In this document: one piece after another, positions 51,294 through 61,614 of the stretch
Numbering within the stretch: position 1 is the stretch's first letter
How the letters are laid out: the number at the start of each line of letters is the position of its first letter
Assembly: GCA_041640595.1 (NCBI GenBank)
Contig: JBEPZY010000001.1
Span: 544,001 to 608,000 of the forward strand
DNA length: 64,000 nucleotides
Reading direction: 5' to 3'
DNA from: Gemmatales bacterium
GTDB lineage: Bacteria; Planctomycetota; Planctomycetia; Gemmatales; HRBIN36
Position numbers and translations under genes: made by a program
The notes under the pieces: model-generated
Seen by the model: only the letters and a program-made list of their open reading frames with translations
Told to the model about the DNA's origin: nothing
Databases searched by the model: none

Positions 51294-51557
51294 CCTGCGG
51301 CGACGGAACAAATTGCGCCTCTAAAAAGCTACTGGGAAGAATCGCCTCATCATCCGAAGATGGCATTACTGTCTCGCCCTTAATGGGGAAGTCCTGAGGT
51401 TACAGCGGCCCTCTTTACGTGATGTGCCTTAGGGGACGGTTCTGAATAGTGGGATGACCGACAACACTTACCGTACTGTCTGCCCGCTTGGGGGATGCTT
51501 TCGGCAACGGTCCGAGGAGGTGATTCAGCAACAAGCGAAGTGGAACCAGTTACTGCG

Positions 51558-51986
51558 TCAGTCCACCTCTTCCTCGACCAGGGCCTCTTCGAGTAGCGTA
51601 ACCTGAAACTTACGTTCCGTGAGGAGGTGGTCGTTCACTAACAACTGGAACCGATATTCTCCGGGTTCAGGAAACTCGCAACCGCAAAAGCCAACGTTCA
51701 GCTCAACGACTGCTAATGGGTCAGGGAACTCGATGCGCTGGGTGGTGCTGAAGAGAACTTCGTTATCGGCAGCCTTAACGCAACGAATGGTCACCTGTTT
51801 TCGTCCCCGGCCTTCGGTCAGCGTAACATAAACATGCAACTCGTTTATGACGCAAGGCAGGTGTGTCGTTCCAATGGCGTCAAAAATACCGATGAGGCTT
51901 TTCTTATTCGAGATGCGATCGTCTATGACGGTATCGCAAATGACCATAGCTAAAACTTGGGGTAAGCAGCTACATTCACGAGACAT
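51558..51986 (-). CDS. Conserved hypothetical beta-rich protein (DUF6941-like)
   Basis: AMVICDTVIDD..SNKKSLIGIFD...FPEPGEYRFQLLVN pattern; acidic tail. Confidence 0.7.
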   Translation of the reverse strand: MSRECSCLPQVLAMVICDTVIDDRISNKKSLIGIFDAIGTTHLPCVINELHVYVTLTEGRGRKQVTIRCVKAADNEVLFSTTQRIEFPDPLAVVELNVGFCGCEFPEPGEYRFQLLVNDHLLTERKFQVTLLEEALVEEEVD

Positions 51987-52155
51987 AGCGAAAATCCTCT
52001 GTGCGACCGGCGTGAAGATTTTTCCGGAACACTCTGGGCCAGCATGTAACGCCGGCCGAGACTTCTGTAAAGAGCAGTTTGGTTATCGCAGCGCCACATA
52101 GCAATCAGCCGTATGATTCCCTGCAGCCAGGTTCGTTAGAATTATACCGACCACT

Positions 52156-55100
52156 ATGGACAAGATGTCAACAATTTCCGCAAAAATGTGCCAAAAGGAT
52201 CTGAGCTTTTTGGTGGACAGTTTGCGCGGTAGTTTGTGGTGGAAGCAAAATTTGCTGTGCTGGAGCGGAGAGATTGTGGTCAGTGGTGTTTGGGGGTCCA
52301 GCGCGGCTTTGCTGATTGCGGGGTTGTTGCGAGAAAACATCGGCAGGCCGTTGGTCGTGGTTCTTGCGCGTAGTGCCGATTTAGAAAGCTGGTGCGGAGA
52401 CCTGGCGATTTTCACAGGAAAGTCCCCAATAGTTTTTCCAGCACTGGGAAGCCTGCGGCGTCACGAAGAATTGCCTGAGGTAGCGGAGTTGCAACGGCTT
52501 GCTGTTTTACGAGTGCTGGCTCGCAATGAGGTCCCGGAGGTAATCCTGACCACGCCCGCGGCTTTGATGCAGGGCGTCCCGGCGCCCGAACGCTGGCAAA
52601 CGCAGCAATTAACGCTGCGACCGGGAGATGCCATATCACCGGAAACAGTGTGCCAGTGGCTGGTGGAACACGGCTACGCCCACCGCGAAGTTGTGGAGCT
52701 TCCGGGGGAGTTTGCGCGGCGCGGCGGCATTGTGGATGTGTATCCGCTGACAGCGGCTGCTCCGGTACGATTGGAGTGGTTCGGCGATGAACTGGAGAGT
52801 TTGCGAGCCTTTGATCCGGAGACGCAACGCAGCCGACAGGCAGTGGATTCCGTGGAAGTTGCCGCCGCGCTGACACGCGATGCACCGAGCCTGGAAAGCG
52901 CAACCTGTCTGGATAGCACTTTGTTCGACTGGCTACCCGCCGGTACCCGGGTAGTGCTGGTAGAGGCGGCTGATGTGGACGAACAGGCCCGGCATTACTG
53001 GGATGGTGCAGAGGCTCGTGCTGGCCTGGTTTCGCCAACAGAACTATTCCGAAGGTTGCAGCCATTTCAGCCGCTGCACCTAACTGCCTGGCCAGCCACT
53101 GCGGACGACAAAACCGTCACGTTTCCGGTCAAATCGGTGGAACGCTTCAGTGGCGAATTGCAGCGTATTTGTTCCGAGTTACAGGCTGTAGCCACAGAAG
53201 CGGAAGTGTGGATTGTTTGCCAGAGTGTCGCGGAACAACAGCGGATGGCACAATTGTTCGGATTGCTAAATGAAGCTTCCGAGCGTCTGGTATCTGACCA
53301 GGCTGGCGCGGAAGAAGTTTCACAAGAAGCGAATGCACCGCAGCCAGTATCGCGGTCAGGCTTACCAGCAGTGCATCTGTGCGTGGGCCAGTTACGGCAA
53401 GGGTTTCGTTTACCGCCAGAGTTACTTGCTTCGGAATGCAAGCGTGAAGTGCTGGTCTTGAGCGCTGGCGAGCTACTCGGACGGGCAAAACTGCCAGCAC
53501 GCACCCGACCGGTCTGGGTCCGCCGTTACGAAGCGCGGGCGATTGATAGTTTCCTCGACCTGAATCCCGGCGATTATGTGGTCCATCGGGAACACGGTAT
53601 CGCTCGCTATCGGGGCCTGCGCAAAATACGCAAAGGTGGACGGGAAGAAGAGCATCTGACACTGGAGTTCGCCGGTGGCTCCTTGCTGTATGTGCCGGTG
53701 TCTCGGATTGAGCTGGTGCAAAAGTACGTGGGTACCGGCGAGCGCGTGCCAGCACTGTCCGAACTGGGTGGTACTGCCTGGCAGAAACGCAAGGCACGGG
53801 CCCAGGCAGCTGTTTGGGAACTTGCACTGGAACTGCTGGAAATCCAAGCCAGACGGCAGGCGGAGCCGGGCATTGCTTATCCGCCTGATAGCAGTTGGCA
53901 GGCTGAGTTTGAGGCGTCTTTCCCGTATCCGGAAACCCCAGATCAGCTGGCAGCACTGAGCGACATCAAACGGGATATGGAGAGACCTCGCCCCATGGAT
54001 CGGCTTCTATGTGGGGACGTGGGTTTCGGCAAAACGGAACTGGCGTTGCGGGCAGCGTTCAAAGCCATGGAGTTCGGCAAACAGGTGGCAGTGTTAGTGC
54101 CCACTACCGTGCTGGCTGAACAACACTTTCGCACCTTCCGTAGCCGATTGGCTCCCTATCCGTTCGTCGTCGAATGCTTGAGCCGCTTTCGTACCACTGC
54201 TGAGCAACGCGACATCGTGCAACGCCTGGCAGAAGGACGCGTTGACCTAGTCGTGGGCACGCATCGTTTACTCAGTGCGGATGTGCGGTTCAAAGACCTG
54301 GGCCTGGTTATCATAGACGAGGAACAACGCTTCGGCGTAGAACACAAAGAACGGCTCAAAAAGTTGCGAGCCACTGTGGATGTGTTGACGCTCTCCGCCA
54401 CACCCATTCCCCGCACATTACACATGGCTCTGGTCGGCTTGCGAGACATCAGTTGCCTGGAAACTCCGCCTCTGGACAGGCATGCCATTGAGACGCAAAT
54501 CATCCCATTCGATCCGGAACGCATTCGGCAGGCAATTCTGCGAGAATTGCTCCGCGACGGCCAGGTGTTTTTTGTGCACAACCGGGTGGAGAGCATCGAA
54601 AAAATCGCGTTTCAGCTAAGCCAGATAGTTCCCGAGGCACGCATCGGCATCGCTCATGGACAAATGCCGGAAGAACAACTCGAAGAAGCCATGTGCCGTT
54701 TCCTCGAACGCCGGTACGACGTTTTGGTGGCAACGACGATCATTGAAAACGGTCTGGACATTCCATCAGCTAACACGATTTTCATTCATCGGCCGGAGTT
54801 ATTCGGTCTGGCGGACCTGCACCAGTTGCGTGGCCGGGTGGGACGCTCCCAGGTTCGGGCCTATTGCTACCTTGTTGTGGACAATTTCACCAGTATTTCA
54901 CCACAGGCGTATCGCCGTATCAAAGCTATCGAGGAATACAGCGAACTGGGTGCCGGTTTCAAAATAGCCTTACGGGACTTAGAAATTCGGGGGGCCGGCA
55001 ATATTCTGGGGCCGGAACAAAGTGGCCACATTGCTGCCGTCGGGTACGAGCTTTACTGCGAAATGCTCGAAGAAGCAGTTCGCCGCTTGAAACAGCAACC

Positions 55101-55548
55101 AGTCCGCACCCGCATTGAAGTACAGATAGACTTGCCGTGGAGGGCGTGGATTCCCACCGAGTATGTCGGGCAGATGCGATTGAAAATGGAACTGTATCGT
55201 CGCCTGAGTCGGGTTCGTACCTGGCGGCAGCTGGAGCAGTTTCGTCAGGAACTCCGCGACCGTTTCGGTCCCATTCCAGAACCCGCCGAGTGGCTGTTAC
55301 GGCAGCAGGAAATTCGCTTGCTCGCCGAACGCTGGCGGATCGCTTCGCTGCATCTGGACGGTCCGGATGTCGTGCTGGGCTACCGCAGCCACCGGCACAT
55401 CCAAAAACTGGCCAGCAGATTTCCTAAGCGTTTGCGGATCGTGGATGAAACTACCGCTTATTTTCGTTTGCAGCCACCACAAGTGACTGGCGAATCGGTT
55501 TATCGCCAGCTAAAAGCGCTGTTGCAAAGCTCTCCCGATGCGTTATGA
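52156..55548 (+). CDS. mfd: Transcription-repair coupling factor Mfd
   Basis: GEFARRGGIVDVY, GDYVVH.EHGIARY, ETPDQ, MDRLLCGDVGFGKTE, DEEQRFG, SATPIPRT, QLRGRVGR, DLEIRGAGNILG. Start uncertain. Confidence 0.96.
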   Translation: MDKMSTISAKMCQKDLSFLVDSLRGSLWWKQNLLCWSGEIVVSGVWGSSAALLIAGLLRENIGRPLVVVLARSADLESWCGDLAIFTGKSPIVFPALGSLRRHEELPEVAELQRLAVLRVLARNEVPEVILTTPAALMQGVPAPERWQTQQLTLRPGDAISPETVCQWLVEHGYAHREVVELPGEFARRGGIVDVYPLTAAAPVRLEWFGDELESLRAFDPETQRSRQAVDSVEVAAALTRDAPSLESATCLDSTLFDWLPAGTRVVLVEAADVDEQARHYWDGAEARAGLVSPTELFRRLQPFQPLHLTAWPATADDKTVTFPVKSVERFSGELQRICSELQAVATEAEVWIVCQSVAEQQRMAQLFGLLNEASERLVSDQAGAEEVSQEANAPQPVSRSGLPAVHLCVGQLRQGFRLPPELLASECKREVLVLSAGELLGRAKLPARTRPVWVRRYEARAIDSFLDLNPGDYVVHREHGIARYRGLRKIRKGGREEEHLTLEFAGGSLLYVPVSRIELVQKYVGTGERVPALSELGGTAWQKRKARAQAAVWELALELLEIQARRQAEPGIAYPPDSSWQAEFEASFPYPETPDQLAALSDIKRDMERPRPMDRLLCGDVGFGKTELALRAAFKAMEFGKQVAVLVPTTVLAEQHFRTFRSRLAPYPFVVECLSRFRTTAEQRDIVQRLAEGRVDLVVGTHRLLSADVRFKDLGLVIIDEEQRFGVEHKERLKKLRATVDVLTLSATPIPRTLHMALVGLRDISCLETPPLDRHAIETQIIPFDPERIRQAILRELLRDGQVFFVHNRVESIEKIAFQLSQIVPEARIGIAHGQMPEEQLEEAMCRFLERRYDVLVATTIIENGLDIPSANTIFIHRPELFGLADLHQLRGRVGRSQVRAYCYLVVDNFTSISPQAYRRIKAIEEYSELGAGFKIALRDLEIRGAGNILGPEQSGHIAAVGYELYCEMLEEAVRRLKQQPVRTRIEVQIDLPWRAWIPTEYVGQMRLKMELYRRLSRVRTWRQLEQFRQELRDRFGPIPEPAEWLLRQQEIRLLAERWRIASLHLDGPDVVLGYRSHRHIQKLASRFPKRLRIVDETTAYFRLQPPQVTGESVYRQLKALLQSSPDAL

Positions 55549-55606
55549 ATGCCACGCCGGGAGGAAGCCGATAATCTCGCTGGAACTCAGAGTGCGAGGA
55601 GCGCGG

Positions 55607-56971
55607 ATGCTGCGGATAAACGTGTTTGGGCTGGCCGCAAGCCTGGCGGTATGGGGTTGCCTCAGTGGTGCCGACCTCACTGGGTTTCAGCACGTCGTAA
55701 GGATTTGCGAACCCGACAAGCCCGCGTGTGCTTCGGTGTCATCTAATGGTCAGCTCGAAAACACATTCGCCCTGGGGGCAGCTCAGCAAATCAATGCGGT
55801 CGGCAGCGGGTCGGTTAGCGTTCGTGGTCGTGATGATCGTCATGATCAGTACGCCGATGGTTTCGGCTCTGGATGGAACAATGCACTGGTTCAAGGTCCA
55901 CCACCAGTGCCGAAAACCACTCCGACTGTTGACGCACCTCAGGAGGGAAAGTCCCGGCTGGCCACGCAACCGCTCAGTGGCGTGATGGTTCGTGTCAATG
56001 GTGTGCCCATCCTCGAACAGGAAGTGCGATCCCTTGCCCGCTGGATGATGGAGGATTATTTGCAGCGTGTCCGCCCCGCGTCCCTCAACGACGAAAATGA
56101 GCGTCGAGCCATTGAAGCAGAAGTTTCCCGATATTTGCCCGAAGTCGTACGGCAGCTAATCGACCGGGAGTTGCTGTACCAGGAGGCTGAGAAACGTGTC
56201 CCTCCTCGCGGGATGGAGTTGGTGCGGAAGGCAGCTCAGCAAGAGATTGACAAACAGCTACGCCGGCGTCGCCAGCAGTTGGGCTTTCGCTCCGAAGATG
56301 AGTTGCGGGAATATCTCGAACGACAGAACATTTCGCTGGAAATGCTGCGGCGACAGGTGGAAAGAAGTCTGATCGCCGACGAATACCTCCGCACTCTGGT
56401 GCGTCCCAAGTTTGAACAGATTGACCGGGCACAGCTCTGGGATTATTACCAGCGTAATCTCAAAAAGTTTGAGCGACCAGAACGTGTGGAGTGGCAGTAC
56501 ATATTCATTTCTGCGCGGGAAGGTGCTCGCTACCTGCAACCGGGAGAGGCACCGAATCCGGCCAAGGCACGCGCACAGGCGGAAATGGTCTATGCGCTGG
56601 CGCAAAAGGCGAAGACAGCGGAAGAGTTTGCTCGTATAGCCGAACAGTACTCCGATGGGCCAAGCCGTACCGGCGACGGGGAAGGGCACGACCTGGCCAG
56701 CATCCGACCAGCGGAGATTGCTGAACTGGTCTGGAAAACACCTCCCGGTCAGGTCGGACCGCTGGTGCCTGCTCAGGATGGACGGGGTTATCACATATTT
56801 CGCGTCAACAAACACGAACCAGCCCGGATCGTCCCATTCGAGGAGGCTTGTTTGGAAATTCGCCGTGAGTTACAGAATCAGATTTTTCAGGCGGAACGAG
56901 AGCGGATTCTCCGCGAGCTTCGCGCCAAAGCCCACATCGAATATCCCGGTTCGTACAAGCCATCGCGTTAG
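55607..56971 (+). CDS. SurA/PrsA-like parvulin peptidyl-prolyl isomerase
   Basis: Probable start 55607 (GAGGAG RBS, signal-like N-terminus); VRVNGVPIL, F..IAEQYSDGP, GQVGPLV...GYHIFRV, ELRAKAHIE. Confidence 0.82.
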   Translation: MLRINVFGLAASLAVWGCLSGADLTGFQHVVRICEPDKPACASVSSNGQLENTFALGAAQQINAVGSGSVSVRGRDDRHDQYADGFGSGWNNALVQGPPPVPKTTPTVDAPQEGKSRLATQPLSGVMVRVNGVPILEQEVRSLARWMMEDYLQRVRPASLNDENERRAIEAEVSRYLPEVVRQLIDRELLYQEAEKRVPPRGMELVRKAAQQEIDKQLRRRRQQLGFRSEDELREYLERQNISLEMLRRQVERSLIADEYLRTLVRPKFEQIDRAQLWDYYQRNLKKFERPERVEWQYIFISAREGARYLQPGEAPNPAKARAQAEMVYALAQKAKTAEEFARIAEQYSDGPSRTGDGEGHDLASIRPAEIAELVWKTPPGQVGPLVPAQDGRGYHIFRVNKHEPARIVPFEEACLEIRRELQNQIFQAERERILRELRAKAHIEYPGSYKPSR

Positions 56972-58875
56972 CCCGATGCTGGCTCTTCGGGGTAGGGCAT
57001 TAAGATGGGCGGCTCGGTAACACCCTGCAAAGCGGGGAATCGCCGATCGAGCACCAGTTCTGCCAGCTGACGGGCGACCCGTACATCTGCATCGCGGATG
57101 CGGCGACCGCTCCACCGTCGGCGTAGCTCACGGCAAACGACGTCTGCGGCGAGAATCCAGGCTTCATCGCCTTGCTGATCCGCCCATAACGCCGTCACCA
57201 GAACGGTAACTGTGTCCTGGATGCGTTGCGACAACTCCATCATTTTTACCTGACGATCGGCTAGACGTAACTGGTACCGCCGCAGCATCGCGCTGATTTC
57301 CTCTGCATAACGCGGGAAAACCGATTCCGCCCACTGCACGTGGGGCCGCAGTTGACGATGCACTGGTGGCACTCGGGTGACAATATGCGGACGCAATCGC
57401 CGGCCCAGCCACCACTTTCCATAAGCCCACAATTCTCGACGCAGACGCCACAGGTGAAGCGGATTCCATGGCTGCAACCGGCGGAGGTGGGCTTCGGAAA
57501 GCCGTTGCCCGATCGGCTCGAAAAATTGTCGGCCATGTTCCTTAGCCAGCGCTTTGAAAAAGGCCAGGGCCAGCATCTGGCCTTCTCCCTCGTAAATACA
57601 GGGCGCTAAAAAGTCGTGCACATTGTCTCCGAACAGATGGCCGTGCAAAAACGACCGACCCCCGTGGGTTTTCATCAGGATATCAACGGCTGCCTCTTTC
57701 ATCGCTTCGCTGCCGAAAATCTTGGCTACAATCCCTTCGAGCTCTCCGCGATAACCGAGGTCGAGCAACCAGGAACCCCATTGGGTGAGGGCATCTGCCG
57801 CAGCAATATAGCCGGCAAGTTTCGCAATGCGAAATTGCACCAATTCACGAGCACCGATCGGCTCCCCGTAAGTCCGCCGAAAATGCACCCACGGCAATAA
57901 AGAAGCGAGCATCACTCGCATGCTGCCGGCAGCCAGTGCACACAGGGCTAACCGGCCGCGGTTCAGACCGTGATAAGCAATCAGCAACCCGTCTCCAGTC
58001 GGCGGCTGAAGCAGATTCTCCGCAGGCACAAAAAATCGATCGAACAGCAACCCGTTATTGTAATTGTGCGCCAGCGCATATAGTCCGTACCGTACGAGCC
58101 GAAAGCGGTCATTTTCCGTCCCAGGCAACTCGACAATGAAAACAGCGGGACGGTTTTCCAGCAAAGCTACCAGGGCGATTATACGCCCCGGAATCGCGTT
58201 CGTGATAAAAAGTTTTTGTCCGGAAAGCTCGTAACCCCCAGGTACAGGGCAGGCGCGGGTGCGAAGAGCCGTCAGGTCGGAGCCCGCATTCGGTTCGGTC
58301 AGGGCAAAGCCGGAGAGCGCTTCGCCACTGGCCAATCGCGGCAGGAAACGGGCCTTTTGCTCCGGCGTGCCAAACGTCATCAGCGGGTCCACGGCGCCAA
58401 TACAACCATGCACGGAAGCAAGCCCCGCGACTGTAGCATCCAATGTGGCCATCCGCGTCAAAAACGGTGCAAACTTGGCGAAGGGTACTCCGCTGCCACC
58501 GTATTCCCGACCGATCAGCAAACCCCAGTATCCAGCTTCAGCCAACTCGTGCAACAATTGTTCAGATACTTTTCCCTGTTCGTTCCAGAGCCGGTTTTCC
58601 TCTCGGGCTCGCCGCAACACTTCGTAGCAACGCTCCAGCACCGCGTCGCATTCGGCAGCTTCCGGTTTAGGGGATCGAAATCCCCCAAGCGGGAAGTGCC
58701 AATCCCAAACAGCCCGATGAACGGGACTGTTTTTCGTCTGATATTGTGGATGGAACAGGCGTTCCAGTTGCTCGTCGGCGCGATCGACAGCACCAAGTCG
58801 GCGCACCTCTTCAGCGCTTTTGCCTGCCTGTGCCAGAGCTGTTTCCGCAAAACTCGGCTGACCCGTATCGGCCAT
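56968..58875 (-). CDS. Acyl-CoA dehydrogenase family protein
   Basis: Start moved to 58875; YGGSG, GFALTEPNAGSD, LSGQKLFITN, LNRGRL, CIYEGEG. Confidence 0.92.
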   Translation of the reverse strand: MADTGQPSFAETALAQAGKSAEEVRRLGAVDRADEQLERLFHPQYQTKNSPVHRAVWDWHFPLGGFRSPKPEAAECDAVLERCYEVLRRAREENRLWNEQGKVSEQLLHELAEAGYWGLLIGREYGGSGVPFAKFAPFLTRMATLDATVAGLASVHGCIGAVDPLMTFGTPEQKARFLPRLASGEALSGFALTEPNAGSDLTALRTRACPVPGGYELSGQKLFITNAIPGRIIALVALLENRPAVFIVELPGTENDRFRLVRYGLYALAHNYNNGLLFDRFFVPAENLLQPPTGDGLLIAYHGLNRGRLALCALAAGSMRVMLASLLPWVHFRRTYGEPIGARELVQFRIAKLAGYIAAADALTQWGSWLLDLGYRGELEGIVAKIFGSEAMKEAAVDILMKTHGGRSFLHGHLFGDNVHDFLAPCIYEGEGQMLALAFFKALAKEHGRQFFEPIGQRLSEAHLRRLQPWNPLHLWRLRRELWAYGKWWLGRRLRPHIVTRVPPVHRQLRPHVQWAESVFPRYAEEISAMLRRYQLRLADRQVKMMELSQRIQDTVTVLVTALWADQQGDEAWILAADVVCRELRRRWSGRRIRDADVRVARQLAELVLDRRFPALQGVTEPPILMPYPEEPASG

Positions 58876-58927
58876 AGTGCCTTTCCTGACGTCCACTCCA
58901 TTTTTTGCTGTGTCATTTCTTACTAAA

Positions 58928-60436
58928 TTATTGAGCCAGCCAACGCAGGAACACCCAGGCAAGCACAGCGCCAAAGGCCAGACCAAAAATGGTGGCTAAC
59001 CATACCGCCCACCGCGAACAAAGTCCCTTCTCGGCGCCAATTTTTTCCTTCACCGGCGCGGCACTGGCAGTGTTACTCCGCCTTACACCGGACGGGTGGG
59101 AACTTGCTGCTGTTATGGATTTGGCCGAGACCGGAGCATCGGAACGCAGCGAACGATGTTCCTTATCCGCCGTGGTCTCACGAGTCGGCTTGCTTGAAGT
59201 TACGTCTTGACTTTCCGAAGAATAACCGCTGATCTCGGTTTCCCCGCTCTTGCCAAGTTGCGACGAGGATGGTGCCGACTTTTGAAGGGACGGGTGCGAA
59301 CCCGACATGCTCGAGCTGGAAGACACGGTTACCAGGAGATGGTCGGTGGAAGCAGCACTGCTGACATTGGCCGGCAGAGGCACGGCACCTGGTGGTGGTA
59401 TCAGCCGAGTGAGATCCACTAAGTGTTGGAGAGCTTGCGCGACTTCCTCCGGTGTCTGGGGACGGTCCTGCGGTTTTTTCGCCAGCATACGTTGCAGCAA
59501 CTCAGCGACTTCCCGAGGCACATCCGGACGCAACTGGGAAATCGGTTCGGGCATCTTTGTCTGATGCCAGATCAGCTTTTGTGCGACGGTGCCTTCGGGA
59601 AATGGCGGACGACCTGCCAGGGCAAAGTAAAACGTAGCTCCCAGGCTGTAAATATCCGCGCGAATGTCCACCACATGGCTGTCAATGGCTTGCTCCGGAG
59701 CCAGATAGTCGGCAGTCCCCAGAACTTTTTCGTCGTACTTGCGTGTCAAAATGTCCTGCTCATCGAGGAAAAACCTGGCCAGTCCCAGGTCGAGCAGTTT
59801 TACCAGCCCCGCGCGATTGACAAGCAGGTTGGCAGGCTTAATGTCGCGGTGAATCAAGCCCACGCTGAATGCGTGTTGCAATCCTTTGGCCGCCTGGTAA
59901 AGGTAATGCACAGCCCGCGGCACATCGAACGGGCCATAGGCCTTCACCAAGTCCTGCAAACTTACCCCGTCCACGTATTCCATCACCAGGAAGTGCAAAT
60001 CTCCTTCCTGGTCCAAATCGTAGGCACGCACGACATTGGGGTGATCCAGAGCGGCGATCGCTTTCGCTTCGCGATAAAAGCGTTCCAGAGCTGAACTGTC
60101 AGCCGACCGTGACCGCGGCAATACTTTGATCGCCACCAAACGTTTCATCAACCTGTGTTCGGCAAGAAACACCGTTCCCATTCCACCGCTGCCGAGCCTT
60201 TGCAGGATTTTGTACTTACCGATGAAAAACCCCTTCCAGCGACCAGCCAGCAATTGATCCGCCTGAAAGGAAGTCAGCACGCCACGTTCCACCAGTGTCT
60301 TTGCCAACCCGGCCGGTTCATCGGACCACTTTTGGCTTGCGCGCAGGTCTTCCAGTAAGCTGTCCAGTCGTTCAGGCTCGACCAGACCGCTCCGCCGCAA
60401 CAAATCTACAAACGCTTCCGCGCTCGCCAGTGCCAT
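58928..60436 (-). CDS. Ser/Thr protein kinase with C-terminal TM anchor
   Basis: LGSGGMG, VAIK, HRDIKPAN, DLGLAR, GTADYLAPE; Ser-rich linker; hydrophobic C-terminal helix. Confidence 0.94.
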   Translation of the reverse strand: MALASAEAFVDLLRRSGLVEPERLDSLLEDLRASQKWSDEPAGLAKTLVERGVLTSFQADQLLAGRWKGFFIGKYKILQRLGSGGMGTVFLAEHRLMKRLVAIKVLPRSRSADSSALERFYREAKAIAALDHPNVVRAYDLDQEGDLHFLVMEYVDGVSLQDLVKAYGPFDVPRAVHYLYQAAKGLQHAFSVGLIHRDIKPANLLVNRAGLVKLLDLGLARFFLDEQDILTRKYDEKVLGTADYLAPEQAIDSHVVDIRADIYSLGATFYFALAGRPPFPEGTVAQKLIWHQTKMPEPISQLRPDVPREVAELLQRMLAKKPQDRPQTPEEVAQALQHLVDLTRLIPPPGAVPLPANVSSAASTDHLLVTVSSSSSMSGSHPSLQKSAPSSSQLGKSGETEISGYSSESQDVTSSKPTRETTADKEHRSLRSDAPVSAKSITAASSHPSGVRRSNTASAAPVKEKIGAEKGLCSRWAVWLATIFGLAFGAVLAWVFLRWLAQ

Positions 60437-60890
60437 GTTATTCCCGCGGTAATAGCGTTTAGCGAATGTCCGCCCTTTTGTTTTGTGGATTTCCTACTGG
60501 AGCAGCTTTCGTGCCGATTGCGTTCTCTATCCGCTCAATTTGTGCGAAACCCTGGCCGCGAGTGTTCTCTATCTAGTATAGGCATCTCATCCTAAACTGC
60601 GCGACATTTTCGAGGAAACTGCTGGCGCAAGCCAACCTGACGGCAAAACAATCGTTACGGGCTGTGTGTAAACAGACATAGAAACGCTGAGATTCTAAAG
60701 TCGGCCAGCGGTAGAGCCTCTTTTTCACGGATATTGACGCGTTTGACATGTTAGAATGCCACGGCGATTCGTGAGTTGTCTTCGTATTTCACCGATCCCT
60801 GTGCAGAGTTGCCAATAAATTTCAGAGTCTCAGAACAACACTGGAAGGACTCGTAATGGATTCACGACTATGCCCGCAATGGCAGGCATC

Positions 60891-60951
60891 ACAAGAACAA
60901 GACCGGCCCAGCCATTGGCCACCTTGAATAGGTGCCCACCAATGCTGGGCC
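60891..60951 (-). terminator. Probable intrinsic terminator downstream of the cytochrome c gene
   Basis: Long imperfect inverted repeat GGCCCAGCCATTGG...CCAATGCTGGGCC (60905-60951), followed on the minus strand by GGTCTTGTTCTTGT. Confidence 0.5.
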
Positions 60952-61072
60952 AAGCATGGAAAGCATTTTTCTATTGTTGCCGTGGTCGAGTAATCAGAAT
61001 CGCAAGCTTACGCAAACGCGCTACCGTGAAAAGTGACGCGTATCCGCGCCGTTTCCCTCCAGGGATTTCTGA

Positions 61073-61483
61073 TCAGGGCCGGTGCTTATCGTGGCATTCA
61101 TCACATTTTTTGTCGAGGTTCTTTAAGGCCGCCAGCACGGCCTTGGCATCCTTTTGCTTCACAGCTGCTTCCACCTGCATTGCGTCTTGCGTATACTCTT
61201 TCGATAGTTTGATCCAGCTGGCTTTGGGGCCTTTTGGTGGATCGTTTTTCTCGAGCAAACTAATCAGGCGAGTAAACTCCTTCGCGCTTTTTTCGAGCTT
61301 TGCCCAGTCTGGTTTGGGCTTCTTGGCCTCGGCTTCTATCACGTCTTTGAGGCCTTTTTTGGGTTTGTGTGTGATCTCCATAATTTCATCCACGCCGGGA
61401 ATTTCATCCTTCAGCGCCACGGCCAAGCCGCTGAATGCCACAAGCGTAATCCCCAGCACCAGCCAAGATGCGGTCTGCTTCAT
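61073..61483 (-). CDS. Class II (four-helix, c'-like) cytochrome c
   Basis: AGGAGG RBS, signal peptide, helical Lys-rich body, single C-terminal CDECH heme motif. Confidence 0.85.
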   Translation of the reverse strand: MKQTASWLVLGITLVAFSGLAVALKDEIPGVDEIMEITHKPKKGLKDVIEAEAKKPKPDWAKLEKSAKEFTRLISLLEKNDPPKGPKASWIKLSKEYTQDAMQVEAAVKQKDAKAVLAALKNLDKKCDECHDKHRP

Positions 61484-61614
61484 TCAGAATCCTCCTGTAG
61501 GTTTGAGTGGTCTCGGAGATGCACAAGCAACCAAGCTGCAGGGGAGCGTTCGTGGGTGGGTGTCAATCATCATTACGAAATTGCTACACAGGCGTCAATA
61601 GTTGGTGCGTTTTC

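Noticed and set aside
60636..60720. c-di-GMP-I riboswitch suggested by GGCAAAAC
   Set aside because: Lacks the GNRA-capped stem and the following GACGCAAAG core.
60870..61601. 243-aa plus-strand ORF
   Set aside because: Antisense to the cytochrome c gene, which has an RBS, signal peptide and CxxCH.
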